NCBI GenBank assembly: GCA_963738945.1 | Contig: CAVTYD010000003.1 | Span: forward strand, 601,385 to 665,384 | DNA length: 64,000 bases | Origin: an uncultured Acidobacteriota bacterium | GTDB taxonomy: Bacteria; Acidobacteriota; Thermoanaerobaculia; UBA5066; Gp7-AA6 | Reading direction: 5' to 3' | Shown here: positions 32,308 to 42,297 of the stretch, piece after piece | Numbering within the stretch: the first letter of the stretch is position 1 | Layout of the letters: each line of letters starts with the position of its first letter | The notes under the pieces: model-generated | The model's input: the letters and a program-made list of their open reading frames with translations, nothing else | Told to the model about the DNA's origin: nothing | The model's database searches: none | Program-made: the position numbers and the translations under genes

Positions 32308-35300
32308 TCGTCCGCGCCCGCAGGCCGACGACGCCGCGCGCGCCGCGATCCGCGGCGACCTCGGCACGACGCTCCTCGTCGAGGCCGCCGCGGGAACGGG
32401 AAAGACCGAGAGCCTCGTCGAGCGCATGGTCGCGCTGATTCGCCGGGGAGAAACGACGATCGACCGCCTCTCCGCGGTGACGTTCACGATCAAGGCCGCG
32501 GCGGAGCTCTCGCAGCGCTTCCAGGCGGGGCTCGAGAGGGCCGCGCGCGAGGCGACGGGCGAGGAGCGGCTCCGCATCGAGGAGGCGCTCGCGCGACTCG
32601 ACACCGCGTTCGTCGGCACGATCCATGCGTTCTGCGCGCGCCTGCTCCGGGAGCGGCCGGTCGAGGCGGGAGTCGACCCGGGCTTCGAGGAGATGGAGCA
32701 GCCGGAGGACGAGGTCGCGCGGGGCGAGGCCTGGGCGCGCTACGCCGAGAAGCTGTTCTCGAGCGAGAGCCCGCTGCTTCCGCGGCTCTCGGCGCTCGGC
32801 ATGCAGCTCGAGCAGCTGCGCCACACGTTCGATGCGATGTGCGAGAACGAGGACGTCCTGCCGTCGGTGCCGGAGGAAATGCCGCCGCCCGACTTCGCCG
32901 CGGCGGGGGCCGCGATCGCGCAGTTCCTCCGGCGCGCGGAGGAAGCCCTTCCTTCGGAGCCGCCGGTCGGCGGCTGGACCGACTACCAGGAGGCCGTGCG
33001 GCGCGCGCTGCGGCTCGACGCGCTCCGGCCGAGCGGGCAGGCCGCGGCGTTCGTCGAGGTGATGGACGCGCTCGACCGCGCGCGCAAGAAGTCCCGGGAG
33101 GCCGGACCGCTCGGCCCGGCGTACGAGGCCCTGTGTCGCGACGTCATCGAGCCGTCGCTGCGGGCATGGCGCGAGCACCGGTACCCGGCGGTTCTCGCCG
33201 TGGTCGTGCCCGCCGTGCGCGACTACGCGGCGTGGCGGCGGCGCCACGGACGGCTGAACTTCCAGGACCTCCTGCTGCTCGCGCGCGATCTGCTGCGAGA
33301 CCATCCGCACGTGCGGATCGACTTCCAGAAGCGCTTCCTGCCGGTGCTCGTGGATGAGTTCCAGGACACCGACCCGATCCAGGCGGAGATCCTCTTCTAC
33401 CTGACCGGGCGCGACGTGAAGGAGCGCGACTGGCGCGCCGCCGTCCCGCTGCCGGGGTCGTTCTTCGCCGTCGGCGACCCGAAGCAGTCGATCTACCGAT
33501 TCCGGCGCGCCGACATCCTGGCCTACGGCCTCGTGCGGGATCGCATCGCGAAGTCCGGACGGGTGCTCCGGCTCTCGACGAACTTCCGCTCGACGGGGCG
33601 CCTGTGCGCCTGGGTGAACGGGGTATTCGGCCGCGACGGCTTCTTCCCCGGCGAGGCGACGCCGCAGCAGGCCGCTTACGTGCCGCTCGAGGCTCACCGC
33701 GAGGAGGGCGGTCCCGCAGTCTTCCGCCTCGAGGTCCGCACGGCGACCGGAGGCGTCGCGGGGGTCGTCGACCAGGACTCCGCGCGCGTGGCGCGCGCGA
33801 TCGCCTCGGCCGTCGGCAGCGGCGCCCGCCGCCCGGGAGACTTCCTCGTTCTCTTCCGCAACCGCCGGTACATGTCCGACTACGCGCGCAAGCTCGAGGC
33901 CGAGGGCATCCCGAGCGAGCTCGCGGGCGGAGGAGCATTCGCGGACTCGGAGGAGCTCGCGGCGCTGCTTCCGCTTCTCGCCGCGCTCGCCGACCCCGAC
34001 GATCCCGTCGCCTGGCTCGCCGTGCTGCGCGGGCCCCTTTTCGGCGTCGACGACGAGGCTCTCTATCGCTTCGTGCGCGCCGGTGGCCGCTTCGCCCATC
34101 GCTTGGATCCCCCCGGGGGAACCGACCGTCGCATCGCGGGCGCGATCGCATTCGCCCGCGATGCGGACGGCTGGGTGGCGTCGCTCCCGCCCGCCGCCGC
34201 GATCTCCCGCATCGCCGGGCGCCTCGGCTGGATCGCGTACGCTGCGGCGCGCGAGCTCGGTGACAGCCGCGCGGGGAACCTGCTGAAGGCGCTCTCGGCG
34301 GCGCGCCGGTTCTCCGCGGACGGCCTCGACTTCGCGGACGTGGTCGCGGAGCTGACGCGCATGACCGAGGGCGGCTACATCGAGGAGATGAGCCTCGATC
34401 CGGGCCGCCGCGACGCCGTACGGCTGCTCACCGTCCACGGCGCGAAGGGCCTGCAGGCGCCCATCGTCTTTCTCGCCGATCCGCGGCCCGACCCCCGGCA
34501 CACGCCGGATTTCTGGATCGACCGCGACGCGGACCCGGCAGAGAGCCACTGGCAGGTCTGCCGCGAGACTCGCGAGTTCCGCGCGATCGCGCTCGCGCAG
34601 CCACCGGGCTGGGAGGAGATGGCCGAGCGGGAGAAGGCGTTCGACGAAGCGGAGAAGATCCGGCTGCTCTACGTCGCGGCGACGCGCGCTCGCGATGCTC
34701 TGATCGTCAGCACCTGGAGGCAGGGCAAGGGCGCGCCGAAGGGCATCTGGTCGCCCTTCGACCCGCGGCTGACCGAGGATCTCCAGGAGGGACCGGCCCT
34801 CGCACTCCCCCAGGCCGGGCCGCCGGACTTCGCGGACGGCCTCGTGGATTTCCGCGTCGAGCGCGCCTCGCGCCTCGCGGCGAGCGCAAAGCCGAGTTAC
34901 GCCGTCGAGTCGGTCACCCGCCTCGCCCACGCCGCCGGCGAGAAGCCGGACTGGGAGTCCACGGGCCGCGGGCTCTCCTGGGGCCGCGTGCTCCACGCCG
35001 TCCTGGAGGCTGCGATGCGCGAGGACGACGCCAATCTGGCCGCCATCGCCGCCAACGCGCTCGCCGCCGAAGAGCGGCCGCGCTCGGATCTCCCGGAGCT
35101 GCTGCGCGTCGTCGAGTCCGTCCGAGGCTCGGCCCTGTGGAAACGCGCCCGGAAGGCGAAGCGCCGGCTCGTGGAGGTCCCCTTCGCGCTCCGGGTCGAC
35201 CCCGCCGCCATCGGCCTCGCGGGGGCCCCCGCCGACACTCTGCTGCAGGGTGCGATCGACCTCGTCTTCGCGGAGGACGACGGCTGGGTGCTCGTGGACT

Positions 35301-35488
35301 ACAAGTCGGACGCCGTCACGGCCAGGAACCGTGATGAGCTCGTCGCGTTCTACCGGCCGCAGATCGACCTGTATCGGCGCTACTGGGAGGAGCTGACGGA
35401 AAGCCGTACGACGGCAGGAATATTCTTCGCACAGACCGGAGAGGCCGTATGGATGGACGCCTCCTCGAAATCTTCACACGCGCCGTGA
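32294..35488 (+). CDS. AddA/UvrD-like helicase-nuclease
   Basis: EAAAGTGKT, VTFT.KAA.E, GTIHAFC, VDEFQDTDPIQ, VGDPKQSIYRFR, NFRS, TVHGAKGL, RLLYVAATRA, GAIDL...VDYKS. Confidence 0.9.
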   Translation: MTKTDRPRPQADDAARAAIRGDLGTTLLVEAAAGTGKTESLVERMVALIRRGETTIDRLSAVTFTIKAAAELSQRFQAGLERAAREATGEERLRIEEALARLDTAFVGTIHAFCARLLRERPVEAGVDPGFEEMEQPEDEVARGEAWARYAEKLFSSESPLLPRLSALGMQLEQLRHTFDAMCENEDVLPSVPEEMPPPDFAAAGAAIAQFLRRAEEALPSEPPVGGWTDYQEAVRRALRLDALRPSGQAAAFVEVMDALDRARKKSREAGPLGPAYEALCRDVIEPSLRAWREHRYPAVLAVVVPAVRDYAAWRRRHGRLNFQDLLLLARDLLRDHPHVRIDFQKRFLPVLVDEFQDTDPIQAEILFYLTGRDVKERDWRAAVPLPGSFFAVGDPKQSIYRFRRADILAYGLVRDRIAKSGRVLRLSTNFRSTGRLCAWVNGVFGRDGFFPGEATPQQAAYVPLEAHREEGGPAVFRLEVRTATGGVAGVVDQDSARVARAIASAVGSGARRPGDFLVLFRNRRYMSDYARKLEAEGIPSELAGGGAFADSEELAALLPLLAALADPDDPVAWLAVLRGPLFGVDDEALYRFVRAGGRFAHRLDPPGGTDRRIAGAIAFARDADGWVASLPPAAAISRIAGRLGWIAYAAARELGDSRAGNLLKALSAARRFSADGLDFADVVAELTRMTEGGYIEEMSLDPGRRDAVRLLTVHGAKGLQAPIVFLADPRPDPRHTPDFWIDRDADPAESHWQVCRETREFRAIALAQPPGWEEMAEREKAFDEAEKIRLLYVAATRARDALIVSTWRQGKGAPKGIWSPFDPRLTEDLQEGPALALPQAGPPDFADGLVDFRVERASRLAASAKPSYAVESVTRLAHAAGEKPDWESTGRGLSWGRVLHAVLEAAMREDDANLAAIAANALAAEERPRSDLPELLRVVESVRGSALWKRARKAKRRLVEVPFALRVDPAAIGLAGAPADTLLQGAIDLVFAEDDGWVLVDYKSDAVTARNRDELVAFYRPQIDLYRRYWEELTESRTTAGIFFAQTGEAVWMDASSKSSHAP

Positions 35489-35500
35489 GAGGCTGACGCG

Positions 35501-36886
35501 ATGGACAACGGACGCTACGACCTCGCCGTCATCGGCACGGGCCCGGCCGGGCAGAAGGGCGCGATCGCCGCGGCGAAGCTCGGCAAGCGCGTCGCCGTGA
35601 TCGACCGCAAGGAAATGGTCGGCGGCGTCTGCCTGCACACGGGGACGATCCCGTCGAAGACTCTGCGCGAGGCGATTCTCTACCTCTCGGGATTCCGGGA
35701 GCGGACCTTCTACGGCCGCGACTATGCCGTCTCGAAGGACATCACCGTGGCCGACCTCGCCTTCCGCGTCCAGAAGGTGCTCGGCCGCGAGATCGAGGTC
35801 ATCCGCGCGCAGCTCAACCGCAACCGCGTCGCGACCCTCTCGGGCAGCGCGCGGTTCCTGGATCCCCACACCCTCGAGGTCACGTCGATCGACGGGACGG
35901 TGACCGTCGCCGCCGACCACGTGCTCATCGCCTGCGGGACGCGGCCGGCGCACAGCGACACCGTCCCGCTCGACGGCAAGCGGATCATCGATTCGGACCA
36001 GCTGCTTCTTGCCGAGGCGCTCCCGCGCGACGTCATCGTCGTCGGGGCCGGCGTGATCGGCCTCGAATACGCCTCGATGTTCACGGCGCTGAACATCAAG
36101 GCCACCGTGATCGAAGCGCGTCCGACGATCCTCGACTTCGTGGACCGCGAGATGATCGACTCGCTCGTCTTCTTCATGCGCCAGCGCGGCGGGTCCTTCC
36201 GGCTCGGCGAAAAGGTGCTCTCGGTCGGCTACGACGAGAAGAACCGCGTGGTCGCGAAGCTCGACAGCGGCAAGGAAGTCCACGGCGACACGCTCCTCTA
36301 CACCGTCGGCCGCCGGACCAACGCCGATCTGCTGAACCTGGACGCCGTCGGCCTCGCGGCCGACGAGCGCGGCCGGATCGGAGTCAACGAGTTTTTCCAG
36401 ACGGCCGTGCCGCACATCTACGCGGCGGGCGACGTCATCGGCTTTCCGGCGCTGGCCTCGACGTCGATGGAACAGGGACGCCTGGCGAGCTGCCACATGT
36501 TCGGCGCGTACTGCGAGAGCCGCCTGAACGCGATGCCCTACGGGATCTACACGATTCCCGAGATCTCGATGGTCGGCAAGACGGAGCAGGAGCTCACGCA
36601 GCAGAAGGTTCCCTACGAGATCGGGGTCTCGAAATTCGAGGAGCTCGCCAAGGGCCAGATGCTCGGCGTCGACACGGGCCTTCTGAAGATTCTCTTCGAC
36701 CGGAACACGCGGCAGCTTCTCGGCGTCCACATCTTCGGCGAGCGGGCGACCGAGATCATCCACATCGGCCAGGCGGTGCTCGCCTTCGGCGGATCGATCG
36801 ACTACTTCCGCGATGCCGTCTTCAACTATCCGACGATGGCCGAGGCGTACAAGGTCGCCGGCCTCGACGGCCTGAACCGGCTCTGA
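35501..36886 (+). CDS. sthA: Soluble (Si-specific) NAD(P)+ transhydrogenase
   Basis: IGTGPAG, GGVCLHTGTIPSKTLREA (single Cys), GAGVIGLEYAS, GDVIGFPALAS, FNYPTMAEAYKVA. Confidence 0.93.
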   Translation: MDNGRYDLAVIGTGPAGQKGAIAAAKLGKRVAVIDRKEMVGGVCLHTGTIPSKTLREAILYLSGFRERTFYGRDYAVSKDITVADLAFRVQKVLGREIEVIRAQLNRNRVATLSGSARFLDPHTLEVTSIDGTVTVAADHVLIACGTRPAHSDTVPLDGKRIIDSDQLLLAEALPRDVIVVGAGVIGLEYASMFTALNIKATVIEARPTILDFVDREMIDSLVFFMRQRGGSFRLGEKVLSVGYDEKNRVVAKLDSGKEVHGDTLLYTVGRRTNADLLNLDAVGLAADERGRIGVNEFFQTAVPHIYAAGDVIGFPALASTSMEQGRLASCHMFGAYCESRLNAMPYGIYTIPEISMVGKTEQELTQQKVPYEIGVSKFEELAKGQMLGVDTGLLKILFDRNTRQLLGVHIFGERATEIIHIGQAVLAFGGSIDYFRDAVFNYPTMAEAYKVAGLDGLNRL

Positions 36887-36982
36887 GTCCTCCCCGTCGC
36901 CCCCCACCCTCTCCTCCCGTAGGACTCGAAGAGCGGCACTGTCGGTGAAGCTCGCGGCGTGAGAAGTCACCCGAGCGAAGCG

Positions 36983-37262
36983 AGGGTGGAGGCTCACGCC
37001 GCGGGAGCCGCAGCGCAGTGAGGAGTCAGCCGGGCGGTCGAGCGCCTTTGCGCGAGCCGCCTGGCGGTGCGCGCCGTCGAGGCGCGCAGACTCCGAACGC
37101 AGCGGAGGCGACGGTTAGGGTGGAGGCTCACGCCGCGGGAGCCGCAGCGCAGTGAGGAGTCAGCCGGGCGGTCGAGCCCGCATCCGGGCGAGCCGCCCGG
37201 CGGTGCGCCGCGCGGCGCACCGCGCCGCAGTGGCGCAGACTCCGAACGCAGCGGAGGCGACG
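36983..37262. repeat. Tandem duplication of a ~130-145 nt structured element
   Basis: Copies at 36983-37113 and 37117-37262 share AGGGTGGAGGCTCACGCCGCGGGAGCCGCAGCGCAGTGAGGAGTCAGCCGGGCGGTCGAGC and GCGCAGACTCCGAACGCAGCGGAGGCGACG. They differ almost only in two terminal stem-loops. Confidence 0.85.
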
Positions 37263-37264
37263 AT

Positions 37265-39517
37265 CTAGAACGTCCGATTCAGGTACAGATACGCCGAGCT
37301 GTTGTTGCTTCCCGAGTGCCCGTATCCGATGAAGAACGGTCCGATGAGGGTGTCGGCGACGATGTAGACGCTGCCTGCCGGCTTCAGGCTCGAGAACGTG
37401 ACCGGGGCCTGGAAGGCCCAGGTGTTGCCTCCCTCGGCCGACACGCCGACGGAGAGATTCTTGACGATGATGCCTCCGGTGGCCGAAAGCCGGTAGTAGA
37501 GCAGCGCCGTCGCCAGCGCGTACGTGTTTCCGTAGAGTTGCCCGATCGGCCGGCCGGAGAGGCGAAAGAGACCCCCGAGCTGGAACTCGTCGTAGAAGGG
37601 AATCTGGGTGCCGAGTCCCGAGCCGCCCTCGACCTTGATGAGGCCGGTCCAGCGCCCGATCGTCTGGACCCCGATGGCTCCCGCGCTCAGGCGATCGTAG
37701 GACGTGGATCCTCCCAGGCTCTCGCGGTTGGCGATGAAGTCGATGTCGGAAAAGTAGCCCGAGTGCGGCAGGTTCACGTTGTCGAGCTGGTCGACCTCCA
37801 TCCGGGCGGTCAGTCCCCCTTCGTCCCAGTCGAGGTTCGGGAAGGTGGGGTCGCCCACCTCGCGGCGGCCCTGGCCCCACGCGCGGGCGTAACCAACGCG
37901 CAGCTCCCCCCAGGTTCCGAAGTCGTAGCCGGCGTCCATGCCCACGACGGTGCGCGAAACCTGGTACGTGCCGACGGCGACCTGGTTCAGGTCGTACACC
38001 TGGGCCAGCTCCTGCTTCCAGCCGGCGAAGGGCGACAGGAAGAGATGGCTGCGATAGGTGAGAGGCTGGAAGAACCGGGTCTTGAGGTCGATCGGATTCC
38101 CGACGGTCGCGACCGTCTTCCACTCGCCACCGAGCCCGTTCAGCTCCGTCGCGTCCACGAGCGCGGTCACGCCGAAGCCCGTGGTGAGCTGAAAGTCCGT
38201 GCCGAGATTGAGGCCGAGCTTGAGATACGTCGGCCCCCAGGACTTCGGCGTCGCCGTGATCTTCAGGATGCGGCGCGGTCCGTCCTCGACGATCGCGTAG
38301 CTGACGATCTCGAAGTAACCGAGCGAATAGAGGCGCTTCAGATCGTGCCCCAGCGTCGCCGTGTCGAGCAAGCGGCCCGCCTTCGTGTGCACCAGGTACT
38401 CGAGCCGCCTCTGGTCGATTCCCGGCACGGGATCGACCACGACCTCGTCGATGTACGGCAGCGGAGGCAACGTCGCGTCGTGGTGCTGTTTCCACGGGCC
38501 GTAAACGCTCTCGGGCGCGGACCACCGCTCGAGCTCGCTCTTGTGGGCTTCGGCGGCCTTGTACCCCAGCGGGATCATCTTCAGGCCCTTCATGAAGTCC
38601 GCGGAGCTGTAGCCGTCGAGGTCGGGCGTGATGACGAGGGTCGCGAGCCTTGCGGAGGCCATGGTGTTCTGCTGGAGCGGCAGGTCGATGAGGCGCCCGA
38701 TCATCGCGCCCACGTTCTCGGGCTTGGCCGCCGTCTCGGCGCCCGACGAGCCCACGTTGACGGCGATGACGATGTCGGCTCCCATCGCGAGCGCCGTCTG
38801 CACCGGCAGGTTTTCCGACTCGCCGCCGTCGATCAGCAGGTGCCCGTCGATCTCGACCGGCGTAAAGCCCGCAGGGATGGCCATGCTCGCCCGGATGACG
38901 CGGGCGAGGTTCCCGCTCGACATGACGTAGGGCTTCCCCGTCTGGATGTCGGTCGCGATGGCCCGGAACGGAATGCGCAGCTGTTCGAAGTTCGTGACCG
39001 AGGAGCACGGCAGTGTCGCGTTCTCGAGCACGAAGCCGAGCTTGCTGCCCGCGATCAGGCCCGGCGGCAGCAGGAGGCCGCCTTTCTTGAGGTTCAGGCC
39101 GAACTCGAACGGGATCAGGCGCTCGAAGTCGTCTTCCTTCTGCCGGAAGGACTGGTCCTTGCGTTCGGGGGCGTCCCGGAAGAGCGTGTCCCAGGGAATC
39201 GAGCCGATGAGCTTCTCCATCTGGTCGGGCGTGTAGCCGCAGGAGTAGAGACCGCCGATGATCGAGCCCATGCTCGTGCCCGCGATGTAGTCGATGGGGA
39301 TGTGGAGCTGCTCGAGGTAGCGGATGACCCCGATGTGAGCCGTTCCCCGCGCGCCTCCACCTCCGAGGGCGAGGCCGATCTTCGGTCGGCGGGTCGCCGG
39401 GGAGGCCGGTGGCGGCTGAGCCGGCGGCTCCTGCGCGAGCGCCGCGAAGGGCATCAGTGTCCCAGGACACAGAACGAGCATGAGGGCCGCGGCCAGGCGA
39501 CGAAAACGCATGTCCAT
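37265..39517 (-). CDS. Patatin-like phospholipase fused to POTRA and Omp85 barrel (PlpD, type Vd autotransporter-like)
   Basis: LALGGGGARG.AHIG, GTSMG, IDGG; C-terminal barrel with FQLGG...LSG and terminal YLNRTF. Start may be ATG 39511. Confidence 0.88.
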   Translation of the reverse strand: MDMRFRRLAAALMLVLCPGTLMPFAALAQEPPAQPPPASPATRRPKIGLALGGGGARGTAHIGVIRYLEQLHIPIDYIAGTSMGSIIGGLYSCGYTPDQMEKLIGSIPWDTLFRDAPERKDQSFRQKEDDFERLIPFEFGLNLKKGGLLLPPGLIAGSKLGFVLENATLPCSSVTNFEQLRIPFRAIATDIQTGKPYVMSSGNLARVIRASMAIPAGFTPVEIDGHLLIDGGESENLPVQTALAMGADIVIAVNVGSSGAETAAKPENVGAMIGRLIDLPLQQNTMASARLATLVITPDLDGYSSADFMKGLKMIPLGYKAAEAHKSELERWSAPESVYGPWKQHHDATLPPLPYIDEVVVDPVPGIDQRRLEYLVHTKAGRLLDTATLGHDLKRLYSLGYFEIVSYAIVEDGPRRILKITATPKSWGPTYLKLGLNLGTDFQLTTGFGVTALVDATELNGLGGEWKTVATVGNPIDLKTRFFQPLTYRSHLFLSPFAGWKQELAQVYDLNQVAVGTYQVSRTVVGMDAGYDFGTWGELRVGYARAWGQGRREVGDPTFPNLDWDEGGLTARMEVDQLDNVNLPHSGYFSDIDFIANRESLGGSTSYDRLSAGAIGVQTIGRWTGLIKVEGGSGLGTQIPFYDEFQLGGLFRLSGRPIGQLYGNTYALATALLYYRLSATGGIIVKNLSVGVSAEGGNTWAFQAPVTFSSLKPAGSVYIVADTLIGPFFIGYGHSGSNNSSAYLYLNRTF

Positions 39518-39579
39518 GAGCCTATCGGATTTCCGCGCGGCGGGTCGACACGGCAGGCCGATCGGCGACAATGAGGGCA

Positions 39580-42297
39580 ATGAGCGAGAGCCTCGTCCCG
39601 GCGGCCGCCCCGCCCCGGGCCCGGCGAGATCGCGGGGCCCTGCTGCTCGGGGGCCTCGCCCTCTACGCGCTTTCCTACGCGATCTGGCTGCTGACGTCGA
39701 CCCTGCCCGCCCGCGAGCGCTCGCTCTCCAACGACGCCGCCTTCCTCCCGGTCGGCCTGGTGGCCGTCCTGCTGGCGGTCCGAACGGCGCGCGCCGCGGG
39801 TCTCGACCACGCCACGCGCCGGGCCTGGCGGTTCCTCGCCACGGCCTTCGTGTGCCTCTGGCTCGGCGACGTCCTCTGGTTCGCCGCCCTCTGGCTGTGG
39901 CCGAACAGCGCGGCGGTCTACACCGCCGGCCAGTTCGCTTACGTCGGCTTCTATGCGCCGGCCCTGCTCGGCCTGCTGTCGTTCCCCCGCTTTCTGCGGA
40001 CGCGGTCGGAATCCCTCCAGTTCTGGCTCGACGTCGCGACCGTCTTCCTCGGCGGCCTGATGCTCCTCTGGTCGGTCCTGCTGGCGCCGATCGCCGGGCT
40101 CGGCACGGCCGCGCCGGGGACGTTCCTGCTGACGATCGGCTACACGATGGGCGATCTCGTCCTCATCTTCGGAGTCGGCGTCGTGGCCGTCCGCCGCCGC
40201 ATGGTGGCCGCACGGTACGTGCTGCTGCCGCTGGCGATCGGGATCGTGGCGATGCTGCTCAACGACACGCTCTTCAGCGTCTACGCGGCCGCCGGCGAGC
40301 CATACCAGAGCGGCACCTCGGTGGACCTGATCGGGATGATCGCGTGGCTGCTGTTTGCCGCGAGCGCCGTCGCGCAGTGGTCCGTGTCTCCGCGCGAAAC
40401 CGCCGACGACTCCTCGGAGACCGGACCGGGCTCGATGAGCGTCGTTCCTTACCTCGCGGTCGTCGTCGGATACGGATCCCTCTTCCTGGCGGCCCTGGAC
40501 CGGCGCACGCCGACCCTCGGAGGAATCGTCGTCGGCGCCATCGCCCTGACGGCGACGGTCCTCCTGCGGCAGGCCATGGCCGTCCGCGAGAACGTGCGCC
40601 TGTCCGCCGAGGGCGCCGCCCGGCAGAGCGAGGAGAGATTCCGCACTCTCGTCCAGAACTCTTCGGACCTGATCGCGGTCGTGGACCTCGACACCACGAT
40701 CCGGTACCAGAGCCCGTCGGTCGAGCGCGTGCTCGGCTACCGGCCCGAAGAGCTCGACGGCAAGCGGCTCGTCGATCTCGTTCACCCGGACGACGTGCCG
40801 CGGGTCATTGCGCTCGCGAACGAGACCGCGGCCCGGGCGGGCTCCTCCGCCCCGGCGGAATGGCGCGTCCGCCGGCGCGACGGGCAGGGCTTCTTCGCCG
40901 AGGTGATCGGGACGAATCTCCTCGCGGATCCGACGATCCAGGGCCTCGTCCTCACGATCCGCGACATCCAGGAGCGCAAGCGCCTCGAGGAGCAGCTCAC
41001 CCATCAGGCCTTCCACGACCCGCTGACGAAGCTCGCCAATCGCGCGCTCCTGTCGAATCGCGTCGAGCACGCCCGCGCCCGAAGCCTGCGCGACGGGAAA
41101 CCGTGCGCGGTGCTGCTGCTCGACCTCGACGACTTCAAGGCGATCAACGACAGCCTCGGACACGTCGCGGGCGATCAGGTCCTGGCCGAGATCGGGCGGC
41201 GGCTCGAGACGTGCATTCGGGCGGGCGACACGGCCGCGCGCCTCGGCGGCGACGAATTCGCGCTGCTGCTCGAGGGCACCGACGACCCGTCCAGTGCGCG
41301 GGAGGTCGCCCATCGGATCACCGCGGCCCTGAGGCCGCCGGTCCGCCTCGATCAACGCGAGGTCTTCCTGACCTGCAGCATGGGCCTGGCGATCAGCACG
41401 CCGGAGGAGGGCGAGGGCGAGCTGCTCGGAAATGCCGACGTGGCGCTCTATCTGGCCAAGGGGAAGGGCAAGGGCATCTGCGAGATCTTCGAGCCCGGAA
41501 TGCGGATGGCCGTCGTGCGCCGCATCGCCCTCGAGTCCGATCTCCGGCGGGCCCTGGAGCGGCGCGAGCTCGTCCTCTACTACCAGCCCATCATCGATCT
41601 GCCGACGGGTCGACCGGTGGGCGCGGAGGCGCTGCTGCGGTGGCAGCATCCGGACCGCGGCCTGATTCCTCCACTCGACTTCATTCCGCTCGCGGAAGAG
41701 AGCGGCCTGATCGTGCCGATCGGCTACTGGGTCCTCGAGGAGGCGTGCCGCGGCGCGAGCCGCTGGCCCCGCCGCGGTTCGCCGCTTCACGTCAGCGTCA
41801 ACCTGTCCGCGCGGCAGCTCCAGGAACCGGATCTCGTGGACCGCGTGCGCGAGGCCCTGCGCTCGGCGCGCCTCGAGCCTTCGCGCCTCGTCCTCGAGAT
41901 CACGGAGAGCCTCATCATGCTCGAGACACGCACGATCATTCCGCGCCTCCGCGCCCTGAGGACGCTGGGACTGCGCCTGGCGATCGACGACTTCGGAACC
42001 GGCTACTCCTCGCTCGCCTACCTCCAGAACCTGCCCGTGGACATCCTGAAGATCGACCAGTCCTTCATCCGCGGACGCACTTCGGCCGGCTCGCGCGGGC
42101 TCTCGCCGCTCGCGCGGGGTATCGTCGACCTCGGCAAGGCCATGCGCCTCGTGATGGTCGGAGAGGGCATCGAACGGATCGAGGAGGCCGATGCCCTGCG
42201 CGCCTCGGGGTGCGAGCTCGGCCAGGGATTCCATTTCAGCCGCCCGGTCCCGGAAGACGACTTCCGGAGGTTCCTGGAGCAGGGAGGGCGCTCATGA
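39580..42297 (+). CDS. Membrane-bound PAS-GGDEF-EAL c-di-GMP signalling protein
   Basis: Multiple N-terminal TM helices; PAS (LVHPDD); HDPLTKLANR; RAGD I-site plus GGDEF; EALLRW; DDFGTGYSS. Confidence 0.93.
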   Translation: MSESLVPAAAPPRARRDRGALLLGGLALYALSYAIWLLTSTLPARERSLSNDAAFLPVGLVAVLLAVRTARAAGLDHATRRAWRFLATAFVCLWLGDVLWFAALWLWPNSAAVYTAGQFAYVGFYAPALLGLLSFPRFLRTRSESLQFWLDVATVFLGGLMLLWSVLLAPIAGLGTAAPGTFLLTIGYTMGDLVLIFGVGVVAVRRRMVAARYVLLPLAIGIVAMLLNDTLFSVYAAAGEPYQSGTSVDLIGMIAWLLFAASAVAQWSVSPRETADDSSETGPGSMSVVPYLAVVVGYGSLFLAALDRRTPTLGGIVVGAIALTATVLLRQAMAVRENVRLSAEGAARQSEERFRTLVQNSSDLIAVVDLDTTIRYQSPSVERVLGYRPEELDGKRLVDLVHPDDVPRVIALANETAARAGSSAPAEWRVRRRDGQGFFAEVIGTNLLADPTIQGLVLTIRDIQERKRLEEQLTHQAFHDPLTKLANRALLSNRVEHARARSLRDGKPCAVLLLDLDDFKAINDSLGHVAGDQVLAEIGRRLETCIRAGDTAARLGGDEFALLLEGTDDPSSAREVAHRITAALRPPVRLDQREVFLTCSMGLAISTPEEGEGELLGNADVALYLAKGKGKGICEIFEPGMRMAVVRRIALESDLRRALERRELVLYYQPIIDLPTGRPVGAEALLRWQHPDRGLIPPLDFIPLAEESGLIVPIGYWVLEEACRGASRWPRRGSPLHVSVNLSARQLQEPDLVDRVREALRSARLEPSRLVLEITESLIMLETRTIIPRLRALRTLGLRLAIDDFGTGYSSLAYLQNLPVDILKIDQSFIRGRTSAGSRGLSPLARGIVDLGKAMRLVMVGEGIERIEEADALRASGCELGQGFHFSRPVPEDDFRRFLEQGGRS

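Noticed and set aside
29188-35488. Anti-phage helicase-nuclease or Cas4 system
   Set aside because: Domain order and sizes match housekeeping AddAB, and there is no defence-island or mobile context.
36983-37262. CRISPR array, hammerhead ribozyme or tandem glycine riboswitch
   Set aside because: Only two long units and no cas genes. The core reads CAGUGA...GAAC rather than CUGANGA...GAAA, glycine-aptamer motifs are absent, and the position is between convergent 3' ends.
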